NCBI GenBank assembly: GCA_046483495.1
Contig: JAWODC010000082.1
Location: forward strand, 6,551-70,550
DNA length: 64,000 nt
Direction: 5' to 3'
Origin: Desulfobacterales bacterium
GTDB lineage: Bacteria > Desulfobacterota > Desulfobacteria > Desulfobacterales > UBA5616
The translations under genes were made by a program, and so were the position numbers. Of this stretch, positions 23,838-33,903 are shown in pieces (within the stretch, counting starts at the first letter, position 1; every line of letters starts with the position of its first letter). The notes below the pieces were generated by a model. The model searched no databases, had not been told where the DNA came from, and saw nothing but the letters and a program-made list of their open reading frames with translations.

Positions 23838-24029
23838 TATTTTTTTCATCATTTAATATTTTTCAGACAAACAGTGACAGGGTGCCCCCCCGGTTTGGGT
23901 GATATGCAATTATTCAGAACCTTTAAACCGGGATTTCCATATGGACGAATGTGAACCTATCGGCGTAATGGCCGGGTTCATTCAAACGAGTGCCCGTTCA
24001 TTAACGGCATTTCTTGATTCCGGAACGGA

Positions 24030-27000
24030 TTGGAAGCAAATCCGAAGTCCGTTCCGATGATGGACAGGCACGCATCAAAGGAAGAAAACGTGAGCTTCAA
24101 AACAGCAGAAACGTCGATTGCCGTCATCGGAATGGAATGTTATTTTCCCAAATCATCGGGATTGAAGGCTTATTGGCGGCTGATTTTCAGGGGTGAGGAT
24201 GCCATTTCCGACATACCCGATTCCCATTGGTCTGTTGATGATTATTATGACCCCGATCCCAAAAAACCCGACCGAGTGACCTGTAAGCGCGGCGGTTTTT
24301 TGGACCCCATACCGTTCGATCCCGCTCGTTTCGGTATTCCTCCGGCTACTCTTGAAGCCACGGACTCCTCTCAACTGATCGCACTGATGGCCGCCCGATC
24401 CGCACTCGAAGATGCCGGCTATGGGAACGACCACCGGGATAGCGACAAAACGAGCGTTATTCTGGGCGTCACCGGAACCCAGGAACTGGTTATTCCATTA
24501 AGCTCCCGCTTAGAGCATCCAAAGTGGCGCAAGGCCTTGGAATCGGCCGGGGTGGATTCCGAAAAAACCGAGGAGGTAATCCGGCGGTTATCCGACGCCT
24601 TTGTATCATGGCAGGAAAATTCCTTCCCCGGGCTTTTGGGAAACGTGGTCGCCGGACGGATATCCAACCGGCTCGACCTCGGCGGAACCAACTGCGTTGT
24701 CGATGCGGCATGCGCCAGTTCACTGGCTGCCGTGTATATGAGTATGCTCGAGCTATTCAGCAAAAGGAGCCGAATGGTGGTAACCGGCGGGGTGGATACG
24801 CTCAATGACGTTTTTATGCACATGTGCTTTTCCAAAACATCGGTGTTGTCGCCGACCAGCGATGCCCGACCGTTTTCGAAAAATTCCGATGGAACGGTCC
24901 TGGGGGAAGGTGTGGGAATTCTCGTATTGAAACGCCTTGAGGACGCAATTGCCGATTCCGACAGGATATATGCCGTCATCAGGGGAATGGGAACCTCCAG
25001 TGACGGCAAAAGCCAGAGCATATACGCACCTCGAGCGGACGGTCAGGTCAAGGCACTTGTAAACGCCTATGAAACGGCCGGGGTGGAACCTGCGACAGTC
25101 GAACTCATCGAGGCGCATGGCACCGGCACCCGGGTCGGTGATGAGGTGGAGTTCACGGCGCTTCGGCAATTCTTTTCGCCCTTTCCCGAGAAGCCGCGAG
25201 CCCTCGGTTCCGTAAAATCCATGATCGGCCATACAAAGGCTGCCGCCGGTGCAGCCGGGATGATCAAATCGATTCTCTCGCTCTACCACAAAATTTTACC
25301 TCCGACGCTGAAGGTCGAGGAGCCCGATCCGAATCTTCATATCGAGGAGACCTCTTTTTATTTGAATCCCCAAACCCGTCCGTGGTTTTCCGGAAAAGGC
25401 CTTCCAAGAAGAGCCGGCGTCAGTTCATTCGGCTTTGGCGGCAGCAACTATCACGCTGTCCTTGAAGAGTATGACTCATCGAAGAAAACGGCCTCCTGGG
25501 ATGGATCGGTGGAAATTATCGCCTTGTCGGCGGATGATCCCGAACAATTGAAGCAGTTATGCATCGACCTTAAATCCGCTTTCCAATCCGCCGGCTCATT
25601 CGACGACATCGCCGTTGCGGCGGCTGCTACACGATCCGCCTTTCGTAACGATCGCCCGTATCGGCTGTTGTGGGTCGTCGAGCGTTCGGAGTGGGGTCGG
25701 GAGGATGATCCAAAGCGCGTTCATGCAATCGAAGCGATGATCGAAAGCCTCGAAAACAATCGGGACGTTATCGAAATCGATATCAACAATGTCCATTTCG
25801 GGACATCCGGAAAACCGGGGAAAATTGCGTTCATGTTTCCAGGTCAGGGCGCACAATACGTCGGCATGGCTTCTGATTTAACCTGCATTTTCCCGCAGAT
25901 GCTGGATGTCCTGGAACAGACGAATGCCGCCTTCGGTGAAACCCGTCTGACCGACTTAATATATCCGTTGCCGGTCGATGATCGAAAGGCCAAAAAAGCG
26001 CAGGAATCCGAACTGACGCTCACGAACAGGGCACAGCCGGCCATCGGCGGCATCAGTCTCGGTATGATGAAGATTCTTCGTCATTTCGGTCTGGTCCCCG
26101 ATGCCGCCTGCGGGCACAGCTTTGGAGAGTTGGTGGCCTTGAACGCCGCCGGATGGATCGATGATGTAACCCTGATCACATTTGCCGTTAACCGGGGACG
26201 CCTGATGGCAGAGGCCGGCAAAGCCGGAGACAAGGATCCCGGCACGATGACGGCGGTAAAGGCGCCCCTCGAGGACCTCGACCGGTTGATCCGGCAATCG
26301 CATACGGATGTCATTCTGGCGAATCGAAACAGCCCGAACCAGGGAGTATTGTCGGGTCCGACCGAAGCGATCGAAAAAGCCGAATCCTTGTGTAAAGACA
26401 ACGGCTACAAAACCATACGGCTCCCGGTGGCGGCCGCTTTCCACAGCCGGCTGTTGAAGGACGCCCAAAAGCCGTTCATGAAAATTGTTACGGATTCAGC
26501 CATGACCCCGACGGATATCCCGGTGTATTCGAACACGCTGGGTGCGCCCTACCCCGCCGATTCGGATAAAGCAAAAACGATTCTCGGCGAACAGATATTG
26601 TGCCCGGTCGACTTCGTCAATGATGTGAAGCATCTGCACGCCTCCGGGGTAAACGTATTTTTGGAAGTCGGCCCGAAAACGGTGCTTTCGGGATTGGTAA
26701 AAGCCATATTGGGGGACCGGGCCGTCCATATGGTCGCTTTGGACGAATCCGGCGGACGCAAATCGGGGATTTGGGATTTGGCCACGGCTTTATGCCGGCT
26801 GGCGGCTTTGGGATACCCGGTCATGATTGACAAGTGGGAAAACGGGGGCGGCCCCTCGGATCCCCCGAAAAAACCCGCTATGGAAATCCTGATTTCCGGA
26901 ACGAATTATCGTGCATCCAAAAAATCCGGTCCGGCATCGAATGCAAAAGAAAAACGACCGACCGATTCAAGGGAAAACACACCTGATGCGGCGAAACCGC

Positions 27001-30000
27001 CGAAAATCGATATGCCGGAGAAGATTATGACCACCCGAGTTCAGGTAATGGACAAGCGCCACGAACCCCAACGGTTCAAAAAAACTTCCATCGTGGGTGC
27101 CGGCTCGAATGCCGAACCCGAAAAACGTACCGAAAACCGTCTGCCGTCCGTCACGAGACGGTGGTCGAATGGTTCGGATTTTGCAGCCGAGGCTTTCAAG
27201 ACCGTGCAGGAAGGGCTCAAATCCATGCAGTCGCTGCAGCAGCAGACCACCAGGGCTCATGAGACGTTTCTCCAAACGCAAATGGAATCCAACAAAACCC
27301 TCCAGATGATGATTCAAAGCACGCAACGGCTCGTGGAAAACGCAATGGGATTGGAACCGAACATTTCCGATGCCGATATCGAACGGCTTTCTGCGTCAGC
27401 TTCAGCCGGGCTGCAGGAGGAAGAAAAATTCGCTGCGGATTCGTCGAAGGCCGTGATCGGGAAAACTATCGTTCCAACGGCTGAAACGCCCGGTGGTGAA
27501 ACGCATCACGATCGTGACCGCATCATCAGCACCCTGCTTCAAACCGTCTCCGATCTTACCGGATATCCCGTGGAAATGCTGGGATTGGACCTGGACATGG
27601 AAGCCGATTTGGGCATCGACTCCATCAAGCGCGTGGAAATCCTCTCCGCACTCGAGGAAAAAATTTCGGGACTGCCCCCTGTCGAACCCGAAATGATGGG
27701 GACACTGAAGACGCTGGGTCAGATCATCGAGGTTTTGCTGTCCCATACCCCTTCGACCGAGGCCTCCCCGCACGAGGCCGAACCCGAACACCCGCCGGTC
27801 GAAACCTCGGCATCTGCCGATTCGACGGACCTGGCCGATATCCTGCTGGCCACCGTCTCCGATCTCACCGGGTATCCCGTGGAAATGCTGGGGTTGGACC
27901 TGGACATGGAAGCCGACCTGGGCATCGACTCCATCAAACGCGTGGAGATTCTCTCCGCACTCGATGAAAAAATCCCGGGATTGCCGCCCGTCGAACCTGA
28001 AATGATAGGCTCGCTGAAGAAACTCGGCCAAATCATCGACTATCTGCGTTCACCGGTTTCATCCGGAGGTGATTCCGTTGGCCGTGCAAAAGAGCCGGAA
28101 GTCATCGAGCAGGAATCGCCGGTCTTGTCTGGTCCTTTTTTAAAAGCCGTCGACATCCAGCGCCAAACCGTTTCGCTTCGACAAAAACCCTACCGCCGTA
28201 AACAGCGGTTTCCTATTGAGAAAGGAAAAACGATATACGTGATGGATGAACCCGCCGGACTATCGCGGGCCATTGCAGGTGAACTTGAACGGCGGGGTCT
28301 GAATGCCGTTCTGTTTGCACCGCACCTGCCGTTGGATTGCGAAATGCTGCATGAAGCAGCCGGATTGATCCTGCTGCCGGACTGCCGGACCGAACGATTT
28401 TACACTCCGGACTATCGAACGGAAAGCATGTTTCTCAAAGCAGCGCTTACGGCCGCAAAAACGGCTGCCCCTGCGCTGCGGCATACCGGTAAGCAAAAAG
28501 CCGCTTTTCTGGCCGGCCTTGTTCGGCTTGACGGTGCATTCGGTTTTAAGGGTCCGGATGTCGCCCTGCCGATATCAGCCGGGCTTGCCGGTCTGGTCAA
28601 AACCGCCGCCATTGAATGGCCTGAGGTGCGTTGCCGCTGCTTCGACCTTTCGCCGGATTGGAAAGAGCATTCGGAAATTGCCGCCGCAGTCGCCGATGAA
28701 CTGTTGAACGACGACCGGGAATGCCCGTTGGAAATCGGGTTGAGTGCCCGGGAACGTGTCGAATTGGTATCCACGCCTTCGCCTTCCCCGGAAGGGGTGC
28801 TCCACCTGGGACCGGAAGACATCGTTTTGGCGACCGGGGGCGCCCGCGGCGTGACCGCGGCTGCGGCCACTGCATTGGCCCGGGAATCCGGGGCCGTATT
28901 CGTGCTTCTGGGCCGCTCTCCCGGACCCTTCGAAGAGCCGGAATGGTTGAAGGCAGTTACCCGTGAAGCGGCAATGAAAAAGGCCATTCTCGAAAATGAA
29001 TGTTCAGGCCATGTTGTCAAACCGGTTGACCTGGAAAAGCGATATGCCTATTACGCGGCAAACCGTGAACTCGTTCGCACACTGAAGAGCATAAAGGCCT
29101 GCGGTGCCCATGCCGAGTATTATTCGGTGGACGTGAACGACCAAAGCGCCGTTTTGTCGGTGTGCGAACGGATACGCAACACCTATGGCCGGATTTCCGC
29201 CGTCATTCACGGAGCCGGTGTTCTAAAAGACCGTCTGATCGTGGACAAAACCGAAGAGCAGTTCCAGCAGGTATTCGATACCAAGGTGAAAGGAATGCTG
29301 AATCTCCTGAATGCCACGCAGACCGATGCCTTGAAATATGTCGTCCTGTTTTCTTCCATTGCGGCAAGAACCGGCAATAAGGGACAGGCGGATTATGCCA
29401 TGGCAAACGAGGCGTTGAACAAAATGGCACGGCACATTGCCTTCCACCGCCCCCGGTGCCGGGTGGTGTCCATCAATTGGGGACCCTGGGATGGGGGAAT
29501 GGTCAACAAAACCCTGAAGAAAGAATTTAAACGCGCTCATATTCCCCTTATCCCCATCGATGCCGGCGCGCAGTGCATGGTGATGGAAATGAAAGGCGAA
29601 CCCCGGGAAGCGGTGGAGGTGGTGATCGGCGGACCGCCCTGCGATACGGCAGCCGTTCCGGAACAGAAACACGATCCGTCCGGGTCCGAAAACAAGCGAG
29701 CGCACACCTTCCGGAAATTGGCCGTAGCCTTTGAAAAAACAATTGACATCCACAATTTTCCCATATTGGAATCCCACCGGTTAAACGGCGTACCCGTTGT
29801 CCCGTTTGCGCTCATGACCGAATGGTTCGGCCATGCCTCGCTCCATGAAAATCCCGGCCTGTATCTTTATGGATTTAACGATATGAGGGTATTGAACGGC
29901 ATCCAATTAAACGGCAACGCGATACGCATTCGACTTCTGACGGGAAAAATCAGAAAGCTTCATCATGCCTTCGAGGTCGATCTGGAAATCAGAAACAGCG

Positions 30001-30602
30001 AAACCGGTGATGCCGATCTCGTTTACGCCAGGGCCAAAGCCGTTCTGGTCGACGCCCCGATCCAGGCGCCTGATTTTATGCGGCGAGATCTGTTGGACTC
30101 GAAAAGCTGCGCAAGGAGTGTAGCCGACGTTTATGACATGATTTTATTCCATGGCAAAGATCTCCAGGGGCTGAAAGAGATTAAAAGCCTCACCGGCGAA
30201 GGAATGGTTGCACGGGTCTCGTCGGCACCCCTGCCGCGAAAATGGATGAAAAATCCCCTAAGGCATAGGTGGGTGGCGGATCCGCTGGTGCTGGACTCGG
30301 CATTTCAGATGGCCTCTGTGTGGTGCTTCGAAAATCTTGGCAACGTTTCTCTTCCCGTATATATGCAAGACTATCGCCAGTATGTGCCGCAATTTCCGAA
30401 AGAGCCGATCACATCCGTGCTCGAAGTGACCCACGCCGCGCGCCACAAAATGACGGGGAATTTCACCTTCCTCGGCACCCGCAACACCGTCATTGCACAA
30501 ATGACCGGTTTTGAAGCGGTTGTAGATGAATCCCTTTTCCGTGCATTTAAACCGGATGGGAAAGAAGGGCCGAAGGCAAACCGCATCAAAGCCGCCGGGT
30601 AA
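24030..30602 (+). CDS. pfaA: PfaA-like iterative type I PKS/PUFA synthase (KS-MAT-ACP-ACP-KR-DH)
   Basis: KS DAACASS/HGTGT/KSMIGH; AT GHSFG and AFHS; two LGIDSIKRVEI ACPs; KR TGGARGVT; DH HRLNGVPVVP and DSAFQ; start could be 24057-24090. Confidence 0.93.
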   Translation: MEANPKSVPMMDRHASKEENVSFKTAETSIAVIGMECYFPKSSGLKAYWRLIFRGEDAISDIPDSHWSVDDYYDPDPKKPDRVTCKRGGFLDPIPFDPARFGIPPATLEATDSSQLIALMAARSALEDAGYGNDHRDSDKTSVILGVTGTQELVIPLSSRLEHPKWRKALESAGVDSEKTEEVIRRLSDAFVSWQENSFPGLLGNVVAGRISNRLDLGGTNCVVDAACASSLAAVYMSMLELFSKRSRMVVTGGVDTLNDVFMHMCFSKTSVLSPTSDARPFSKNSDGTVLGEGVGILVLKRLEDAIADSDRIYAVIRGMGTSSDGKSQSIYAPRADGQVKALVNAYETAGVEPATVELIEAHGTGTRVGDEVEFTALRQFFSPFPEKPRALGSVKSMIGHTKAAAGAAGMIKSILSLYHKILPPTLKVEEPDPNLHIEETSFYLNPQTRPWFSGKGLPRRAGVSSFGFGGSNYHAVLEEYDSSKKTASWDGSVEIIALSADDPEQLKQLCIDLKSAFQSAGSFDDIAVAAAATRSAFRNDRPYRLLWVVERSEWGREDDPKRVHAIEAMIESLENNRDVIEIDINNVHFGTSGKPGKIAFMFPGQGAQYVGMASDLTCIFPQMLDVLEQTNAAFGETRLTDLIYPLPVDDRKAKKAQESELTLTNRAQPAIGGISLGMMKILRHFGLVPDAACGHSFGELVALNAAGWIDDVTLITFAVNRGRLMAEAGKAGDKDPGTMTAVKAPLEDLDRLIRQSHTDVILANRNSPNQGVLSGPTEAIEKAESLCKDNGYKTIRLPVAAAFHSRLLKDAQKPFMKIVTDSAMTPTDIPVYSNTLGAPYPADSDKAKTILGEQILCPVDFVNDVKHLHASGVNVFLEVGPKTVLSGLVKAILGDRAVHMVALDESGGRKSGIWDLATALCRLAALGYPVMIDKWENGGGPSDPPKKPAMEILISGTNYRASKKSGPASNAKEKRPTDSRENTPDAAKPPKIDMPEKIMTTRVQVMDKRHEPQRFKKTSIVGAGSNAEPEKRTENRLPSVTRRWSNGSDFAAEAFKTVQEGLKSMQSLQQQTTRAHETFLQTQMESNKTLQMMIQSTQRLVENAMGLEPNISDADIERLSASASAGLQEEEKFAADSSKAVIGKTIVPTAETPGGETHHDRDRIISTLLQTVSDLTGYPVEMLGLDLDMEADLGIDSIKRVEILSALEEKISGLPPVEPEMMGTLKTLGQIIEVLLSHTPSTEASPHEAEPEHPPVETSASADSTDLADILLATVSDLTGYPVEMLGLDLDMEADLGIDSIKRVEILSALDEKIPGLPPVEPEMIGSLKKLGQIIDYLRSPVSSGGDSVGRAKEPEVIEQESPVLSGPFLKAVDIQRQTVSLRQKPYRRKQRFPIEKGKTIYVMDEPAGLSRAIAGELERRGLNAVLFAPHLPLDCEMLHEAAGLILLPDCRTERFYTPDYRTESMFLKAALTAAKTAAPALRHTGKQKAAFLAGLVRLDGAFGFKGPDVALPISAGLAGLVKTAAIEWPEVRCRCFDLSPDWKEHSEIAAAVADELLNDDRECPLEIGLSARERVELVSTPSPSPEGVLHLGPEDIVLATGGARGVTAAAATALARESGAVFVLLGRSPGPFEEPEWLKAVTREAAMKKAILENECSGHVVKPVDLEKRYAYYAANRELVRTLKSIKACGAHAEYYSVDVNDQSAVLSVCERIRNTYGRISAVIHGAGVLKDRLIVDKTEEQFQQVFDTKVKGMLNLLNATQTDALKYVVLFSSIAARTGNKGQADYAMANEALNKMARHIAFHRPRCRVVSINWGPWDGGMVNKTLKKEFKRAHIPLIPIDAGAQCMVMEMKGEPREAVEVVIGGPPCDTAAVPEQKHDPSGSENKRAHTFRKLAVAFEKTIDIHNFPILESHRLNGVPVVPFALMTEWFGHASLHENPGLYLYGFNDMRVLNGIQLNGNAIRIRLLTGKIRKLHHAFEVDLEIRNSETGDADLVYARAKAVLVDAPIQAPDFMRRDLLDSKSCARSVADVYDMILFHGKDLQGLKEIKSLTGEGMVARVSSAPLPRKWMKNPLRHRWVADPLVLDSAFQMASVWCFENLGNVSLPVYMQDYRQYVPQFPKEPITSVLEVTHAARHKMTGNFTFLGTRNTVIAQMTGFEAVVDESLFRAFKPDGKEGPKANRIKAAG
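27543..28009 (+). repeat. Tandem ACP-domain DNA duplication inside pfaA
   Basis: Near-identical ~158-bp blocks starting at 27543 and 27852 (offset 309 bp = 103 codons). Confidence 0.9.
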
Positions 30603-30651
30603 TTTTTTCCGTTGATCACGGCAAATCGTTTAGGATCAACGGGAAAAAATT
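30601..30651. terminator. Bidirectional intrinsic terminator after pfaA
   Basis: AATTTTTTCCGTTGATC ... GATCAACGGGAAAAAATT near-perfect inverted repeat. Confidence 0.7.
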
Positions 30652-30796
30652 GGATGAATGGGGTCCCCGGCATCCCGGTCTCCCCCCTCAAGCTAATGCC
30701 ATATGGCACAATTATAGGGGGGGGTAGGGACATGTCGTGCCGGAAGTCCGGTGAACGGCCGAACAGATTCGGCGGCTGATTTTTAAATCGATGGGT

Positions 30797-31966
30797 TTAA
30801 CGGGCCTTTTGATACAGTGGGGAAATATCCCTCAGGGTCTTGACGATGTGCTGCATGGCGGACAAAAATGTTTCGATTTCTTCTTCGGTATTGTCGAGAC
30901 CGAACGCCAAAACCAGTGTTCCCTGGGCATCTGCATGGCTTAAACCGATGGACAACAGAACGTGGGATGCCCGCAGAGAACCGGTTGCGCAGGCGGAACG
31001 CGTTGAAACGGCGATATTTTCGTCATCCAGCATCAGCATGACGCTTTCGCCTTCAATGAATTTGATGGAGACGGATACGAGGTTGGGAAGGCTCTTTTCC
31101 TCGGGGGTGTTGATGATATACTCGTCGATATAATTCGGTAGTTCGTTCAAGAGCTTTGTTTTTAATTTCGACAGATGTTCCAGGCGCGATGCCATGTGCT
31201 TTCGGGCCAAATCGGCGGCCACGCCCATGCCGATGATGCCGATCAGATTTTCCGTACCGGCACGCTTGTTGCCTTCCTGAACACCGCCGTCCAGCAGCGG
31301 CCATATCAGCGTGCCTTTGCGAATGTACAATCCTCCGACACCCGTCGGCCCGTAGAACGTATTCGAGGCGAAGCTCATCAAGTCGACGCCCAGTTTTTGA
31401 ACGTCCATGGGCATCACACCGACCGAGTCCACCGCATCGGTATGAAAAATCACCTTTTTTCTCCGGGTGATATCAGCGATCGCTTCAATGGGCTGTATCG
31501 TTCCGGTTTCATTGTTGCTGTGCATGATGGAAACCAGTACGGTCTCGTCGGAAATGGCTTCCTCGATATCCCGTGGATTGACAAATCCCTTGCTGTCCAC
31601 GGAAACCGAGGTGATTTTAAATCCCTGCCCTTTCAGCCGTCGAATGCTTCGGGTCACCGCATTGTGCTCGATATTGGAGGTGACGATATGCCGGCCCTTT
31701 TCGGCATTGGCCATCGCCACCCCCTTTACGGCGTGATTTACCGACTCGGTACCCCCTGAATTAAACACGACTTCCTTCGGGTTTTCAGCATTGATGAGCG
31801 CTGCTACGGATTCCCGCGCCTTTTCCAGCGCCGCCGCCGCTTCCTCCCCCTTCTTGTGCTGGCTGGATGGATTTGCATGATCATATTGAATCGCATCGAT
31901 CATGGCCTGTTTGACTTCGGGAAGCAGGGGCTTCGAAGAGATATGATCCAGATTTATGATTTTCAT
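30797..31966 (-). CDS. iscS: IscS/NifS-family cysteine desulfurase homolog lacking the PLP Schiff-base lysine
   Basis: NPSS, SGGTES, IEHNAV, NNETGTIQP, RAGTEN, STRSAC (catalytic Cys kept); the canonical SAHKFYGPKG reads ASNTFYGPTG. Confidence 0.9.
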   Translation of the reverse strand: MKIINLDHISSKPLLPEVKQAMIDAIQYDHANPSSQHKKGEEAAAALEKARESVAALINAENPKEVVFNSGGTESVNHAVKGVAMANAEKGRHIVTSNIEHNAVTRSIRRLKGQGFKITSVSVDSKGFVNPRDIEEAISDETVLVSIMHSNNETGTIQPIEAIADITRRKKVIFHTDAVDSVGVMPMDVQKLGVDLMSFASNTFYGPTGVGGLYIRKGTLIWPLLDGGVQEGNKRAGTENLIGIIGMGVAADLARKHMASRLEHLSKLKTKLLNELPNYIDEYIINTPEEKSLPNLVSVSIKFIEGESVMLMLDDENIAVSTRSACATGSLRASHVLLSIGLSHADAQGTLVLAFGLDNTEEEIETFLSAMQHIVKTLRDISPLYQKAR

Positions 31967-31978
31967 GTGAGTATCCCC

Positions 31979-32494
31979 TTAGTGATGATCCTCTGCCAGG
32001 TCGGTCTGGCAAGCTTTGCAGAAGGTTGTATCCTCTCGAATTTCCACGTCGCAGTAAGGGCAGTAGCACTTGTCCCCGTGGTTATGCTCGTGTTTTTCCT
32101 TGCGCTTCAACTCAACGGGCGGCTTTCCGCTCTTCCGCGCCTCGTAATCCTTCAGTGCCATCTGAAGCGCATCGGCACCCAGATTCGAGCAGTGGAGTTT
32201 GTTTTTCGGCAGCCCTTCCAGTGCCTCTGCGACATCCTTGTTCGTAATCGTTTTTGCATCCGCCACCGTTTTGCCTTTGGCGATTTCCGTCAGCATGCTG
32301 GATACGGCAATAGCCGACCCGCATCCGAATGTCTGAAATTTAATATCCTCTATTTTATCGTCCTTTATCTTCAGGTATATGGTCATCATATCCCCGCATA
32401 AAGGATTTCCCACTTCGCCGACACCATCCGCATCCTCGATCGTGCCCACGTTCCTGGGATTCCTGAAATGGTCCATAACCGTTTTGGAATACAT
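31979..32494 (-). CDS. iscU: IscU/NifU-N Fe-S scaffold with C-terminal His-rich linker and zinc ribbon
   Basis: YSKTVMDHFRNPRNVG, NPLCGD, TFGCGSA, LPKNKLHCS; tail HEHNHGDKCYCPYC...CKAC. Confidence 0.93.
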   Translation of the reverse strand: MYSKTVMDHFRNPRNVGTIEDADGVGEVGNPLCGDMMTIYLKIKDDKIEDIKFQTFGCGSAIAVSSMLTEIAKGKTVADAKTITNKDVAEALEGLPKNKLHCSNLGADALQMALKDYEARKSGKPPVELKRKEKHEHNHGDKCYCPYCDVEIREDTTFCKACQTDLAEDHH

Positions 32495-32581
32495 CGGCTT
32501 TCCTCCTTTGGTATGCCGTTTATGTGAAGTGCGTCTCGCTTTCCAGTATAATCATCAAAACCGTTTAGTAAAGGATTCAGC

Positions 32582-32785
32582 CTATATTCGGCCGCTTTGA
32601 ACCAGTCGTGCAAAATGATCGAAAGAACGGTCATAGGTCCTCTCCGCATCATCGGGAAAGCAGCAGGCCGGCAGCTGACGGCTTTTGACATGATAAGATA
32701 TGCACTCGCAGCAATTGCCTTTCCTGGAGCACGGCTCGTAACTGCAGTTGCACATCGTCAGATTGGCCTCTTTTTTACATTCCAT
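32582..32785 (-). CDS. Small Cys-rich protein (DUF6485-like)
   Basis: [32 protein letters not shown]...LPACCF...TYDRSF; GGAG RBS. Confidence 0.8.
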   Translation of the reverse strand: MECKKEANLTMCNCSYEPCSRKGNCCECISYHVKSRQLPACCFPDDAERTYDRSFDHFARLVQSGRI

Positions 32786-32889
32786 GATAACATCTCCAAA
32801 ATTGACATATTTTTCGCCTGGTGTCCATCCCGGCAAACCGCTTCAGCCCCGATCCAAAAAACGGGCCTTTTCGTGGGGATGAACGCTGT

Positions 32890-33903
32890 CTACTCTTTTC
32901 GGTTTATCGCCTCCACCGCCTCCAATGCCGCATCACGCAATTCAAGATCCGGATTTTGATTTAAAATTTCTTTTATGTACGGCAGTGTCTCGTCTTTACC
33001 ACCGACTAGGCCGAGCACATAGAGAATATCGCCCTTCACCGGATGAGACGCGGCCGGATAAAGGGCCATCAGCGGTTCTGCAACGGATTGCGCCAACCGG
33101 GCATCCCGGGCCGTGATCTCCTCAACGGCCACCATGGCGCCCAGGCGAACCGGCCACTTTTCATGAACCAAAAGATCCAGAAGAGCGGGAAATACATTCT
33201 TTCTGGAAACCATCCATTCAGCCAAACGGCTTGCCCCGCCCTCCTTCAGCAGGTTTTCCATGGTTTGACCCCCCATTCGTGCGGGATCACGATGTCGAAC
33301 AGCCTCGATAATCTCCTTTGCACCGACTTCTCCATGCCATCTGAAATCATTGTCCAGCAGCAGCGCCGGTACGGACGTGACATGATGTTCGGATGCCTTT
33401 TCAGGGAAGAGAAGCCCGTCGATCACCGTTAAGCTCAGCAGCGGGCACCCGGCTGTCAACGGCAGGATACGGTGCATCATTTTAGGGCAGTACGGGCAAA
33501 AGCCTGTGACAAAGAGCATTAATTCAGCGGGCGTCTCGATGTCTTCGAGCATTGGGAAGGTCTCCGGCGCAATAGACGAACCATTAGCGAAAAAAAGATC
33601 CAGGCCGTCGAGAAAAGGAACCAATTCAGTGCCGGAGGGAATGGCATGAAAATGCACTTTTTCTCCTAAACGCACGTATGGAATGCCTGTTTCCTCTTTC
33701 CGAATTGTCAATCGAATGATTTCGGATATGCGGGAAAATTCCGTAAAAAAGAGTTGGAAATCGCCGCTTCGATTATCCGGAGTCAAAACCAGCGTCAGGT
33801 CGATCGGCCCCGAATGTTTCGTTACCCAATCGCGAATGATGCCTTTTTCGTGTGCCGGCACAGTGGCGGCCGATCCGCTTCTCTGGTGAGGATTCGACAT
33901 CAT
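32890..33903 (-). CDS. Thioredoxin-fold protein (AhpF-NTD/PDO-like, CPYC) with a C-terminal HEAT-like helical domain
   Basis: AIPSGTEL, FCPYCP, TSVP cis-Pro; helical repeats WPVRLGAM, VKGDILYVLG, LRDAALEA. Confidence 0.75.
   Translation of the reverse strand: MMSNPHQRSGSAATVPAHEKGIIRDWVTKHSGPIDLTLVLTPDNRSGDFQLFFTEFSRISEIIRLTIRKEETGIPYVRLGEKVHFHAIPSGTELVPFLDGLDLFFANGSSIAPETFPMLEDIETPAELMLFVTGFCPYCPKMMHRILPLTAGCPLLSLTVIDGLLFPEKASEHHVTSVPALLLDNDFRWHGEVGAKEIIEAVRHRDPARMGGQTMENLLKEGGASRLAEWMVSRKNVFPALLDLLVHEKWPVRLGAMVAVEEITARDARLAQSVAEPLMALYPAASHPVKGDILYVLGLVGGKDETLPYIKEILNQNPDLELRDAALEAVEAINRKE

Noticed and set aside
27543-28009. Direct repeats as a CRISPR array or mobile element
   Set aside because: They are in-frame duplicated ACP domains of PfaA
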